NCBI GenBank assembly: GCA_051362555.1
Contig: CM120644.1
Location: 16,080,534-16,144,533 of the forward strand
DNA: 64,000 nt
Direction: 5' to 3'
DNA from: Lingula anatina
Lineage: Eukaryota; Animalia; Brachiopoda
A program made the translations under genes and the position numbers. Of the stretch, positions 51,701 to 63,760 are shown piece by piece; the stretch's first letter is position 1, and every line of letters begins with the position of its first letter. Below the pieces are notes generated by a model, which searched no databases, had not been told where the DNA came from, and saw only the letters and a list, made by a program, of their open reading frames with translations.

Positions 51701-52100
51701 ACTTCAATTTTAAATTAAAAAAAAATTGATAAAGTTTAGACTTCCTGACACACTTTTGAAATGACAACAGTTGAAATTTGCCCCCCCCCCAAAAAAAGTC
51801 TGCATATTCCGATATGTTTTAAAAAGTATTATTAAAATATAATTTGAAATATATTGATCCCTTGATTTAATTTTGTGACCTAGATTTATTCCCATACGGT
51901 CCCAAATGTGCATATTGAAAGGTTACATTTTTATTAAATTGTAAAAAAGCAAATTTTGTGACCAATAATTTAATGTCTGTTTCTGCAAGATAAAAGTACG
52001 TCTTCCCTCAAAACTGCTAACACAATATTTTTAAAAATGAAATGTGCTCTTCTAAATGGCTAATTGCACCACCAATATAATTTTGTGAAATACTTGCATG

Positions 52101-52745
52101 CACCCCTCAAATGGAATGGACCCGCCCCACCTGACACCCCTCAATTGGAATGGACCCGCCCCACCTGACACCCCTCAAATGGAATGGACTCGTCCCACCT
52201 GCCACCCCTCAAGTGGAATGGACTCGCCCCACCTGACACCCCTCAAATTGAATGGACTCGCCCCACCTGTCACCCCTCAAATTGAATGGACTCGCCCCAC
52301 CTGTCACCCCTCAAATTGAATGGACTCGCCCCACCTGTCACCCCTCAAATTGAATGGACTCGCCCCACCTGTCACCCCTCAAATTGAATGGACTCGTCCC
52401 ACCTGACACCCCTCAAGTGGAATGGACTCGCCCCACCTGTCACCCCTCAAGTGGAATGGACTCGCCCCACCTGTCACCCCTCAAGTGGAATGGACTCGCC
52501 CCACCTGTCACCCCTCAAATTGAATGGACTCGCCCCACCTGTCACCCCTCAAATTGAATGGACTCGCCCCACCTGTCACCCCTCAAATTGAATGGACTCG
52601 TCCCACCTGACACCCCTCAAGTGGAATGGACTCGTCCCACCTGTCACCCCTCAAATTGAATGGACTCGTCCCACCTGTCACCCCTCAAATTGAATGGACT
52701 CGCCCCACCTGTCACCCCTCAAATTGAATGGACTCGCCCCACCTC
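52101..52745. repeat. 34-bp C-rich minisatellite, about 19 copies
   Basis: Unit cacccctcaaattgaatggactcgccccacctgt with a few recurring variants (gtgg/attg, gtcc/gccc, ctga/ctgt). Confidence 0.97.
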
Positions 52746-53179
52746 TCAACTGTCACCCACATCAATGCAGTCACTCCAACCACACTATATCAAACTACAA
52801 AACAAAGTCAATCTAGTGTGATATTTATTTATTTAGGACATTTTTTGCGACAGAAAACAATATTAAAAATATAATAAAGATATTTATTTGCAGATAGATT
52901 GGCATAGACTCTTGTCAAATAATATAATAAAATATGAGCTTTTGATATTTGGTGGGCGTGGTTTCAGCTTGCGTTCGGATTTGCTGCTTTTCTCTTTTTG
53001 TACTGTGATTTCAATGTCAGGATTCATGTCTTTTACTAAAAGAAACTAATATCTCAAATTGTGCCGAGCATATAAATTCAGGGAAAAGAAACTATTCCGT
53101 TTTTCCATGGAAATTTGAAAGCATAATTAGCATGTTTATAGTGTATACATATAGTGTGGAATATAGGATAGGCCAAGAG

Positions 53180-53215
<36 letters not shown>

Positions 53216-56200
53216 AGCAGACGTGATACATCTTAAATTGGCAGATCCAGAATATATATATATATATTTCTTTGACCTACTACACTGCATCTTTCTAACC
53301 TTGATCTCAACACAAAAACAATTTGGGTAAATTACAACACATTATAACAAATTTAAAAATAAGTTCTTTTTCTTTTTGCTTTAATATGAAGGAGCAAAAT
53401 ATAGCGAAGATAGAGAAGATTTTATTTCATATTACTTTGACTTCTGTGTCTTTGATCGAAAAATAGCAATTATTTGTCATTCACAGGATCAGACACTTAA
53501 ATAATAACACTTACAGATGTTGGAAATGAAAATGATTCCTACAATGTAAATAAAATTAACGTAAACAAAATTGAAACACTTTCACCTTTAAGTTTGAAAG
53601 TTGTAATACGCAAATACTTTGAAAATTCATAGTGACACTTTTAAACCCTTAAGTGATTTTAACATTGCACAAAAAAAAAAAATAATAATAATAATAATAA
53701 AATTGCATCCAACTTGTCCCAATTAAGGTATAATTTGAAAATGAAAATGCTCAATTACTGGGTATAATTTTAAGGGGAACATGATCGAACTTTGTACGCA
53801 ATTTTTTTAAATATTCTACAAGATATATTCTAAAATATTCAAATCTTATATGTATATGGGGTAGTTCTAAATTTTTTTTTTAAGTCACAATAAAAGCATG
53901 TACCATTTTCGCCATATTGCATGTGCTTTTCGTGTCCGATGGAGCGCGTCAGTGTAAGGTTCCAAAATACGACTAGAAGGCTTTGGAAGATTCTGTTAGT
54001 CACACCCACGTACCCACGTGCATTTTGCAGGATCATCGGAGAGTTGGTATTTCTGAAATATTAAAAAGACGTTTTAATTACGATTTTAAAATTATATCCC
54101 AATGCAATGTACCGGTAATATGAACACAGATAAGACAACTGAAAGAATATATTAATTATAAACGTTAAAAAGTCTATTCTACCCATTCCGTAAACTTTAC
54201 AATTAAACGAGTTTCTGACAAACACATTAACGATATAAAACTAAAATCACAACAGGGGAGATGTATGTAAATTATCCTGTCACTAACGTACATTTGCCTC
54301 AGTTTTCGACATTAGATGCTTTATAGGTTAACTTATTGCACAAAATAGGGACCTTACACTACAAGGTGCGACTGAGGACACCCAAGTTTTGAAAGTGTGT
54401 GGATATTTATAACAACTATAGTCTGAAACACCAGGCGACTTGAGGACTTACCTGCGGTACCTACAATAGGCTACGTTATAACATGCAAGGGCGAAAACAA
54501 AGCATTTACATATACAGATACATATGCATTGTACATGTACCGTATTATCGAATCGTGTGTATCAGACGAACATTCTTCTCACCTGTACATTCTAGTCGAA
54601 GATATTTTACTCACAAAACATATTTTCTTCAACCGTGGTTCCACCAAACGTGTACACAATGGGTCCGAGCTTCAACGCTGAATAAAGTGTGTTGCCTCAC
54701 TGACTTCACCACACCTATCAATGCAGGTCATCTTGTTACAAGGTCTAGCTGTCAAGTGACCAGTCAGGAGCACAGCTCGCACTGCGATGCGTGACTGATT
54801 GTTATGCAAATTACAACTGGTACAGTGTATGGCACATTTTGATTGGAGGGTTGTTGTGGAAATCAGTCTCAAAGAACGGCGAACCTTTTGAATATTAGTT
54901 TACTATTCTGACAAGGCTATAGCCACCGCCCGTACACCTATTTGTAACCATACCAGTACATCATATTTCTCAAGTTCTCAGTTTATATTAAATCAAAATT
55001 TAAAAATAACAATGAAGATAGATGTAACAAAGCAAATATTAATTAAGTAATTGATAATGCTCATACATTACTCAGTCTGTAATACGTACAGTAAAAGATC
55101 TGAAGAATAGTTTGATTTTATCTTATTATGCTTATTTATTGTTCTTGGGAGGAAGAAGGGATACATGTACCTCCAATCAGGGAGTTATAACTCCTTGCTC
55201 CAATGTTGGACGGGGGAGAAAAGGAAAAGGAGGGAGGGAGAGAGGGAAAAGTGGTGCACGGATATAACACTTGACAATATTTAAATTACAGTCTCTGTCA
55301 CATCTAGCGCAAAGAGGTGCTAAAAAGTTTCGGACGTGACATCAATTATACGTACATTTTTGGTGTATAAAATCACCATGTTTCCATCGTATTAAAATAA
55401 AGATACAAGCAGTGCATGAAATTGTTTTAAAATATGCTCAAAACATTTTATCTCTCTACGGATATGGGAACGTACACTAACGTTTCCTGCGTACTCATGA
55501 CTGAAAGGTACATGTATTCGCTGTAAGTAGAGCCCTTTGCGCTTGTCTGCTTATGGACAATTTTTCTCATACATCCGTGCTTTACGTTAGGTGTGATAGT
55601 GCCTAAACCTTGAAACATTGGCGGATTTTTTTTTTTTTTTTTTTTTTTTGGGGGGGGGGGGGTTTAGGGGGTCCTGCCCCCCCCCCCTTCGATTTCTGAA
55701 AAAAAAATAACACCAATGGTTCACTAGCTGAATCATAGTTCTAAACCGTATCAACTGGCACTGTTTGCCCTCTAAGATACCAAAAAAAAAAAAAAAAAAT
55801 TCGAGGCCCTTCAGTGTATTTTCCCCAAAAAATCACTGTGTGATTGTATGGATTTGTTTTAACAACAGGATTTGTGAAGATGATAAATTTGCATATAATT
55901 TTGCTTTATATGTAAATACACTGTAAAGCATATTGCATTCAGCAGATCGTGTAGGGTGTTTTCGTAATGTACGGATTTGCTTAAATAATAAAAATGCATG
56001 TTTCGCTAACTCTATTGAAAACATCAGTTTTAAATATCTATGGGGCAAGTTGCATTTGGAAATACAACAAACAACGCATCATTGTAATTGCAAGATTATA
56101 GCTTTTTATTTCCTTGCCAAAAATATAAATACACTTTTACGGATTCTATATTAAAACGTCTTTTGTTCCCATTCATATTCAGCTGTACTGATGCCATTTA

Positions 56201-56488
56201 AACGTGGAACACAGTCACTATAAAAATAAAGTTTCTATAGAAAAATAATACCACTGTCTTCATCTGTTTCCTATGCGTATGGAATAGCTAGAAGACTGTG
56301 AATAAATATCACACTATCTTTTTTATAATATAAAACTCTTTATCTAAAAGTCTTTTTAAAAATCTGTTGTAATCTAAGTAGGGACGGCAAGGAGGGTTTA
56401 ACTGTTGTAGAGAAAATTCTCCATTTTAAAGAAAGTTTGTAAAGAAATAACAAGTCCGAGTCACAATTCCCGAAACATTAAAAAAAAA

Positions 56489-56817
56489 TTAACGACGTCC
56501 GGTGCAGGTTCCGCAGCCACAAGATGTTGGTACGTCATACTCGCGCGTGACCTTTGAACCGTCCATGCAGGTAAGCTCAACCACGCGCTTCTCCGTCGTC
56601 TGAGCCTGGCAGCACTGGCAGTCATTCTGGTACTTGTTCATGACGGCGAAATATTTGAAGGCAGAGCTGCAGTAACCGGAGCACTCTCTCAGATCGGCCA
56701 GTTGTCCTTTGTTCTCACAGATCTGTCCGTTGATGGAGGTACGGAAGTAGCCGACGGTGTCTTCGGCTCTTGTGAACACAAGGCGGGCAACGCATGGAGC
56801 GCATTCCTTGGTTGGGG
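56489..56817 (-). CDS. Mucin/vWF-like terminal exon, CTCK domain plus stop
   Basis: PTKECAPCVARLVFTRAEDTVGYFRTSINGQICENKGQLADLRECSGYCSSAFKYFAVMNKYQNDCQCCQAQTTEKRVVELTCMDGSKVTREYDVPTSCGCGTCTGRR*. Confidence 0.93.
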
Positions 56818-58340
56818 CTAAAAAGATTTTAAAAAAAGATTGTTGAAAAAAACAACATTAAAACCCAATTATATTTATTGTCGGTACATAACTACTATTT
56901 CCAAACTTTCCGACATGAAATTATTTATAATTTCAGTTGTTTTTGGTCCTATTTTATGAAAGACAAAAAAAAGCATGTAAGCTAAGAAACTCTTTTTCTG
57001 ACAATATTCAGAAGTTTCAGCTAAAACCAAACCAACAATCCGTTCCAAAAGATTTGTTCTAAATGAACGTAAATTTCAGTTAAAAGGAGGTGCATCCCGA
57101 GTTTACCATATTTCAATAAAGTTTTACATAGTTTTAAGTTAAAACTTGAGCAATGTTCCTACCTGCTGGGCGGCAGTGATCACAGCATGCGCCGGGAACT
57201 CTCTGGGCCTCTCCCTAGAAGATAAAAATTTCCACGTTAATTTTATTTAATTCATTCATGTAAATAACATATCATATTCATGAGCCCAAACAATGTGGCA
57301 CCAGTCTTTGTTCTTTTCAAGTATTTCGTTATGGAATATTGCATTCAAAGTACCGGTTCCCGCGATAAATTGATCAAAACAGTTGCTGATCCCCGATTTT
57401 TACAAGACATGCGTGAACCACGCCTTTTACAAAGTTGGCAGATAAGTTGAAAACCTTTAACCAGCTCATGCTTTAAAATCATAAATTTATCCAGGAAAGT
57501 AGCTAACTTCAGGAATTCATCGCTTTTTTTCTACAATTTGTAAGTGGAAACGTACCTTCTTACAGACAGGTAATTCGATGCTGTTCTTACATCTGAAACA
57601 CAGATAAGAAAAACATTTAAAGGGGGTTTGAGAGAGAGAGAGAGAGAGAGAACGAGAGAGAGAGAGAGAGAGGCATCGGAGCATATAAACAAAACAACAC
57701 TAACTGCATTGGGGATTAAGTAACATTATGCTGTTCTCAGCCCAATAAAAGTTACTGAATTAAAATAAAAACAAAAAATTAATGATAATAGTATATAAAT
57801 AAATAAATAAATAAGCAGATAAATGTAGTTTGCTACCCACCTGATTTGAGATGTGGAGACTGAAGAGCCGTACATGGTGTCCACAAAACATGTAGCAGTT
57901 GTACATGCCTCGGTGGCAGGGACGGCCTCACCGTTCTGAGGAAAAAAAAGACAAATAAAATGTCTTAGTTGCAACAACAGAAATATGACGTTTCTTCCAA
58001 ATGTTTGAAGCAAGAAATAATAATTTTTAAAAAGTCATTTATTTGCATGGATTGAGCACACTTTTTGCATTGTTTGAGTCAATACCACCACTGTAAAAAT
58101 CACGTTATAGTGATTTATAATACATTATTAATCTAATTAGTTTTCAGGGGATTTTTTAAAAGTATTTTGTCTCACCAATTTATGATTCTGGTGAAGTTCA
58201 CACAAATAATATATCAAAATGCAAATACATTGGGTACAAATCACTAAGCACCTTGTAAACAGTTCCATTGACAACACAACCAACAGGCACACACTTGCCG
58301 CAGCACTTGCCAATCTCTGGTTTGTACTGGTAACCCTGTG

Positions 58341-58377
<37 letters not shown>

Positions 58378-61300
58378 ATAAATAAATTGACATTAATAAC
58401 ATTTTTAAATTGGTAATATTTGGAATGCTTTTAAATAATCGCTTGACATTCTTTCAGTTTAGTTGTGTTATTTTTATTTTCTATATGATTAAATTATTCT
58501 TTAGTGTGTCAGGGGTATTGAGATCTTTGAGGGAATTCATCATTAAAGTATACCATTTAATTATCCTATAGTGAGGGAGAGATGTTTTTCTGTTCTTTTA
58601 TTACAAAGTCGACAATGATGGCACATATAGAAAACAAGGCAGCAAAGCTGTCAAATGTACAGACAAAAAACAGGAAATAACTATGCACAAAATAGGCTAC
58701 TGTCAATTCTGATGCAAAATTTTAATGATTGAATCTGACAAACTGCAATTATATGAGTTTATTTCCATTTTTGAAACTTTATTACACAATACACGATAAC
58801 AAGTTTACCATCATTTTTACATAATCAACTAATAATGTTGTAAAGATGCAGGAAATGCCAAACAAACACTTTTACGTATCTTATTAATTAAATAATGAAA
58901 CTGTTAACATGCCTAAGAAATGAATCTGAGGAAATGTGAAAAAACGGCATTTCTTTGAAATAATGGCCCGATTAAGCTGATTTTTGAACTCAACCTGCGT
59001 TTTAGCAGGAATGACCACTCCTGTGAGTTTCATGACAATTGGCCCATCTGTTTTTCTTATATTGTATTTACTGTGTTGCATATATGCTGAAAAGTGAAGA
59101 AAAAAGCATAACTACTAAAACAGTGGCCCGATCATGCCGATTTTCGAACCTGACCTGCATTATAATAAGATCGATTACTCCTGTGAGTTTCATGACAACA
59201 GGCCTATCAGTTTTCCTTGAAATGTGTTTACAGTGTTGCATTTATGCTGAAAAGTTAAAAAACAGCATAACTTCCCTTAAAATGGCCCGATCATGCTGAT
59301 TTTCGAACTTGACCTGCGTTTTATGAATATTCATCAGCTCTGTAAATATTAAGCCAAAAAGTAAAACTGCCCTCCACTTATCGTGTTTACAAGGAAAGTG
59401 CACGGCGACGGCATCGGCATCGGCATCGGCGACGACAGACGCAGGTGATGACAATGTGACTAGCAAAGGTCTTCAGGCCCATGGAACTTCAAAGTCACAT
59501 CTTGAAAATGCCAAAATGTAAACAAGACAGCACTCTTCTGAAATGGGTTTATTTCCGTTTTTAACACTTTTTTAACATAAAACAAAATAAACATTTTACT
59601 GCCATTTTTTTATGGCCAACTAAGAAAATTGATGAGATGAGAAAAGTATCAATAGAATAGTGTTAAATGTCCAATTTCCTCCATTCTGAGATTCTGAACA
59701 TAGTGGATGATTGAATCTGACAAACTGCAATGATATGAGTTTATTTCCGTTTTTGACACTTGATTACACAATACATGATAACAAGTTTACCATCATTTTT
59801 ATATAATCAACTAACAATGTTGTAAAGATGCAGGAAATGTCAAACAAACACTTTTACGTATCTTATTACTTAAATAATAAGGCTTTTAACATGCCTAAGA
59901 ATTAAATCTGAGGAAATCTGAGGAAATGTGAAAAAACAGCATAACTTCTAAAATAATGCCCCGATTATGCTGATTTTTGAACTCAACCTGCGTTTTAGTA
60001 AGACTGACCATTCCTGTGAGTTTAATGACAATTGGGCTTTCTGTTTTTCTTATATTGTGTTTACAGTGTTGCATATATGCTTAACAATGAAAAAACCCGC
60101 ATAACTACTAAAATAGTGGCCCGATCATGCTGATTTTCTAACTTGACCTGCGTTTTAGTAAGATTGATTACTCCTGTGAGTTTCGTGACAACAAGCCTAA
60201 CGGTTTTCCTTGAAATGTGTTTACAAGGTTGCATATATGCTGAAAAGTGAAAAAACAGCATAACTTCTACAATAATGGCCCGATCATGCTGATTTTCGAA
60301 CTTGACCTGCGTTTTATGAATATTCATCAGCTCTGTAAATATAAAGCCAAAAAGTGAAACTGCCTTCCACTTATCGTGTTTACAAGGAAAGTGCACGGCG
60401 CTGGCGACGGCATCGGCATCGGCATCGGCATCGGCGACGACAGACGCAGGTGATGGCAATATGTACAGACACATCTGTGTCTGTACATAAAAAAAAGCAT
60501 AACTACTAAAATAGTGGCCCGATCATGCCGATTTTCGAACTTGACCTGCATTTTATGAATATTCATCAGCTCTGTAAATATACAGCCAAAAAGTAAAACT
60601 GCCTTCCACTTATCGTGTTTACAAGGAAAGTGCACGGCGCTGGCGACGGCATCGGCATCGGCATCGGCATCGGCGACGACAGACGCAGGTGATGGCAATA
60701 TGTACAGACACATCTGTGTCTGTACATAAAAAAAAGCATAACTACTAAAATAGTGGCCCGATCATGCCGATTTTCGAACTTGACCTGCATTTTATGAATA
60801 TTCATCAGCTCTGTAAATATACAGCCAAAAAGTAAAACTGCCTTCCACTTATCGTGTTTACAATGAAAGTGCATGGCGCCGGCGACAGCGACAGTGACGG
60901 CAACGACGGCGACGACAGACGCAGGTGATGGCAATATGTACAGACACATCTGTACATATGAACTGTACTGTTTGAGAACAGTAAGTGACATGGTTTTTCT
61001 TAAATGGTCATCATGGGAGCAGTGCCCAAAATAGGTTTTTTTCAAATTTTGACGCAATATTACATAATGTTTAACAGCATAATGATCATCAATTTTTAAT
61101 AATTAAATATTAGTATCATGGACAAATAGTAAACGTGACTAACAAAGGTTTTAAGGCTGATGGAACTTCAAAGTCACACCTTCAAAATGCCAAAATGTAA
61201 ACAAGACCGCACTGTTCTGAAATGGGTTTATTTCCATTTTTAACACTTTTTTAACATAAAACAAAATTAATAGGTTACTGCCATTTTTATAAGATCAACT

Positions 61301-63760
61301 AAGAAAATTGATGAGATGTGAAAAATATCAATAGAACAGTGTTAAATGTCCAATTTCTTCCATTCTGAGATTCTGAACATAGTGAATGATTGAATCTGAC
61401 AAACTGCAATGATATGAGTTTATTTCCATTTTTGACACTTTATTACACAATACACGATAACAACTTTACCATCATTTTTACATAATCAACTAACAATGTT
61501 GTAAAGATGCAGGAAATGTCAAACAAACACTTTTACGTATCTTATTACTTAAATAATAAGGCTATTAACATGCCTAAGAATTAAATCTGAGGAAATCTGA
61601 GGAAATGTGAAAAAACAGCATAACTTCTAAAATAATAGCCCGATTATGCTGATTTTCGAACTCAACCTGCATTCTAGTAAGACTGACCATTCCTGTGAGT
61701 TTAATGACAATTGGGCTTACTGTTTTTCTTATATTGTGTTTACAGTGTTGCATATATGCTGAACAATGAAAAAACCGCATAACTACTAAAATAGTGGCCC
61801 GATCATGCTGATTTTCGAACTTGACCTGCGTTTTTGTAAGATTGATTATTCCTGTGAGTGTCATGACAACAGGCCTAACGGTTTTCCTTTAAATGTGTTT
61901 ACAAGGTTGCATATATGCTGAAAAGTGAAAAAACAGCATAACTTCTACAATAATGGCCCGATCATGCTGATTTTCGAACTTGACCTGCGTTTTATGAATA
62001 TTCATCAGCTCTGTAAATATAAAGCCAAAAAGTAAAACTGCCTTCCACTTATCGTGTTTACAAGGAAAGTGCACGGCGACGGCATCGGCATCGGCATCGC
62101 CATCGGCGACGGCGACGACAGACGCAGGTGATGGCAATATGTACAGACACATCTGTGTCTGTACATAAAAAGTCATTCACATAACTTTTATAAGATAAGA
62201 GACACAAAGTATTAATTATACCATCAGGTTTGAGCAGGTCCTTACCACCATAAATCATACAAATCAGGGATGAGACTTTTTAGCAACAAAAAAGTGTAAA
62301 ATCCTCCAATAGTTGGATAATTCTCATTACTGCCAATGATATTTTTGGCCTCCAAAAAGTCAGAAATTTACCAATGTTCGGAAAAATTGCATCCTGACAA
62401 ATTAATTAATAAATTAATTAACATATGGTCAGTCAGCGGTCACTCACCAGGGCACACTTGGTCTCACAGCTAGTGACTTGTCTCTGGACAGTGGCTGGAG
62501 TGCCAGCGACACATTCGTAGGACTCGCATGGCTTTCCTGGTACCTTCCATGTCTGACCAATCTGTTATAACAAAGTGGAAATATTTAAGTGTCAATTTTA
62601 AAATATGCAAAAATATGAAAAAAAGTTAATAAATACAGTTTTTGGCTTAACTTAACTTAAAACTGGAACTTTACCAAATACCAGTAAATTCAAAGCAGAG
62701 CCAGTAAAAATTTTGTACATTTTGTTCTGTTACTGGTCATGCACAGTTTCTGCTCTGAGACTGATTCTCAGACCCTGGTGCTCTGAGGAGCCATTTAATA
62801 GACTAAAAGATTTGGCATAGTTTGTAAACAAGTGCTAAAGTTAAATTCAATTAAAATACCTTCAACATATTTCAACATGAACCCCCTGAAACCCAAATAT
62901 TGGTATAATATCTCAAAATTAAATCCCAAAATACCCTTTCAAAAAAGTGCCTTTAATGAGAATTGTTTATTTCTGGATAAAACTATTTCTCCTGTCTTGT
63001 AAACTGCTGACATTTAGCCATATCAACAAGAGTTACAAGTAATGAGTCAATATCCCCATTATGTCTTTACCTCATATATTTTCACCTCGCCAGAGGCCAT
63101 TGTAAACTTGCACTTGTTCTCTGGGACAACTGAAAATGAAAAACCTCTTGTTAGTCACCAATGTCTAATTGACAATTACAAAATTATTAACTAAAGCAAA
63201 ATGTTTTTTCTATACTTAAAAGAGGGCATGAAAATAAATAACCAAGGAATGAACAGAATTTGAATGTTATGGAAGAATCATAATGATGAAAAATTGATGT
63301 CATAATCAACCTCATATCAATTAATCATGATTGCACCATAATTTAAGCAACATAATTTAATGGTAACTTACCACAATCGACTTCATACTTGAGGCAGCCA
63401 CATTCGTCAGCCACACTCTTGGCAATAAAACCCTGGGAATGGAGAAAAATTATAATTAATGTAATTGTGCAGTTCACAATGTACTGTGCAGTTAGGCAAT
63501 TTACATAAAGAGATCCTTACAAAAATGATAACTGCAAAAGAAACGATAATAAATCAAACAGATTACAGATTTGATTGATGTATACTAGACACTACAGTCT
63601 TAATTTTTTTTAATCAGAAAAAACAGTTTGATAAGCAAAACCATATTAAAATGCTCTACAAGAACAAGAATATGTAATATATTATATGGTCAGTGATGGC
63701 TACTTACTGGTCTGCAAGTTGGTGCTGGAGATGGTGGGCAGTCCTTGAGTGGTGGACACT
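56489..63760 (-). CDS. 3' end (last 9 exons) of a secreted cysteine-rich vWF/gel-forming mucin/hemolectin-like protein with VWC-like repeats and a C-terminal cystine knot; 5'-partial
   Basis: Minus-strand exons 63708-63760, 63372-63432, 63071-63129, 62448-62561, 58252-58335, 57841-57935, 57556-57592, 57163-57214, 56489-56817 are all GT-AG and phase-compatible. Motifs: DECGC, GQTW..PC..YEC, GKCCGKCVP.GC, PGACCDHC, CSGYC..CQCCQ..LTC.DGS..CGC..C (CTCK). Confidence 0.9.
57163..57214 (-). CDS. Mucin/vWF-like exon
   Basis: GEAQRVPGACCDHCRPA; ttctag / gtagg. Confidence 0.88.
57556..57592 (-). CDS. Mucin/vWF-like small exon (37 nt)
   Basis: (R)CKNSIELPVCKK; tttcag / gtacgt; phases fit both neighbours. 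Confidence 0.85.
57841..57935 (-). CDS. Mucin/vWF-like exon
   Basis: NGEAVPATEACTTATCFVDTMYGSSVSTSQI; cctcag / gtgggt. Confidence 0.88.
58252..58335 (-). CDS. Mucin/vWF-like exon
   Basis: GYQYKPEIGKCCGKCVPVGCVVNGTVYK; tcacag / gtgctt. Confidence 0.9.
58633..62172 (+). mobile_element. Head-to-tail array of HINE family 2 segments filling a mucin intron
   Basis: Same 5' start as 14015; 3' microsatellite/hairpin ends at about 59450 (truncated), 60460-60489, 60699-60728, 60934-60959 and 62138-62167. Confidence 0.85.
62448..62561 (-). CDS. Mucin/vWF-like exon (VWC-like)
   Basis: IGQTWKVPGKPCESYECVAGTPATVQRQVTSCETKCAL; taacag / gtgagt. Confidence 0.9.
63071..63129 (-). CDS. Mucin/vWF-like exon
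   Basis: (V)VPENKCKFTMASGEVKIYE; tttcag / gtaaag. Confidence 0.88.
63372..63432 (-). CDS. Mucin/vWF-like exon
   Basis: GFIAKSVADECGCLKYEVDC; tcccag / gtaagt. Confidence 0.88.
63708..63760 (-). CDS. Mucin/vWF-like exon
   Basis: CPPLKDCPPSPAPTCRP; tttcag / gtaagt. Confidence 0.86.

Noticed and set aside
52098-52591. Repetitive Pro/Trp-rich ORFs
   Set aside because: Translations of the 34-bp minisatellite in shifting frames; no splice or codon evidence
52101-52745. CRISPR-like array (34-bp repeats)
   Set aside because: Units are contiguous with no unique spacers, there are no cas genes, and the context is eukaryotic
58884-62258. Family of similar ORFs (MCLYILPSPASVVADADAD...)
   Set aside because: Antisense readings of HINE tandem cores and microsatellites in an intron; frames break between copies
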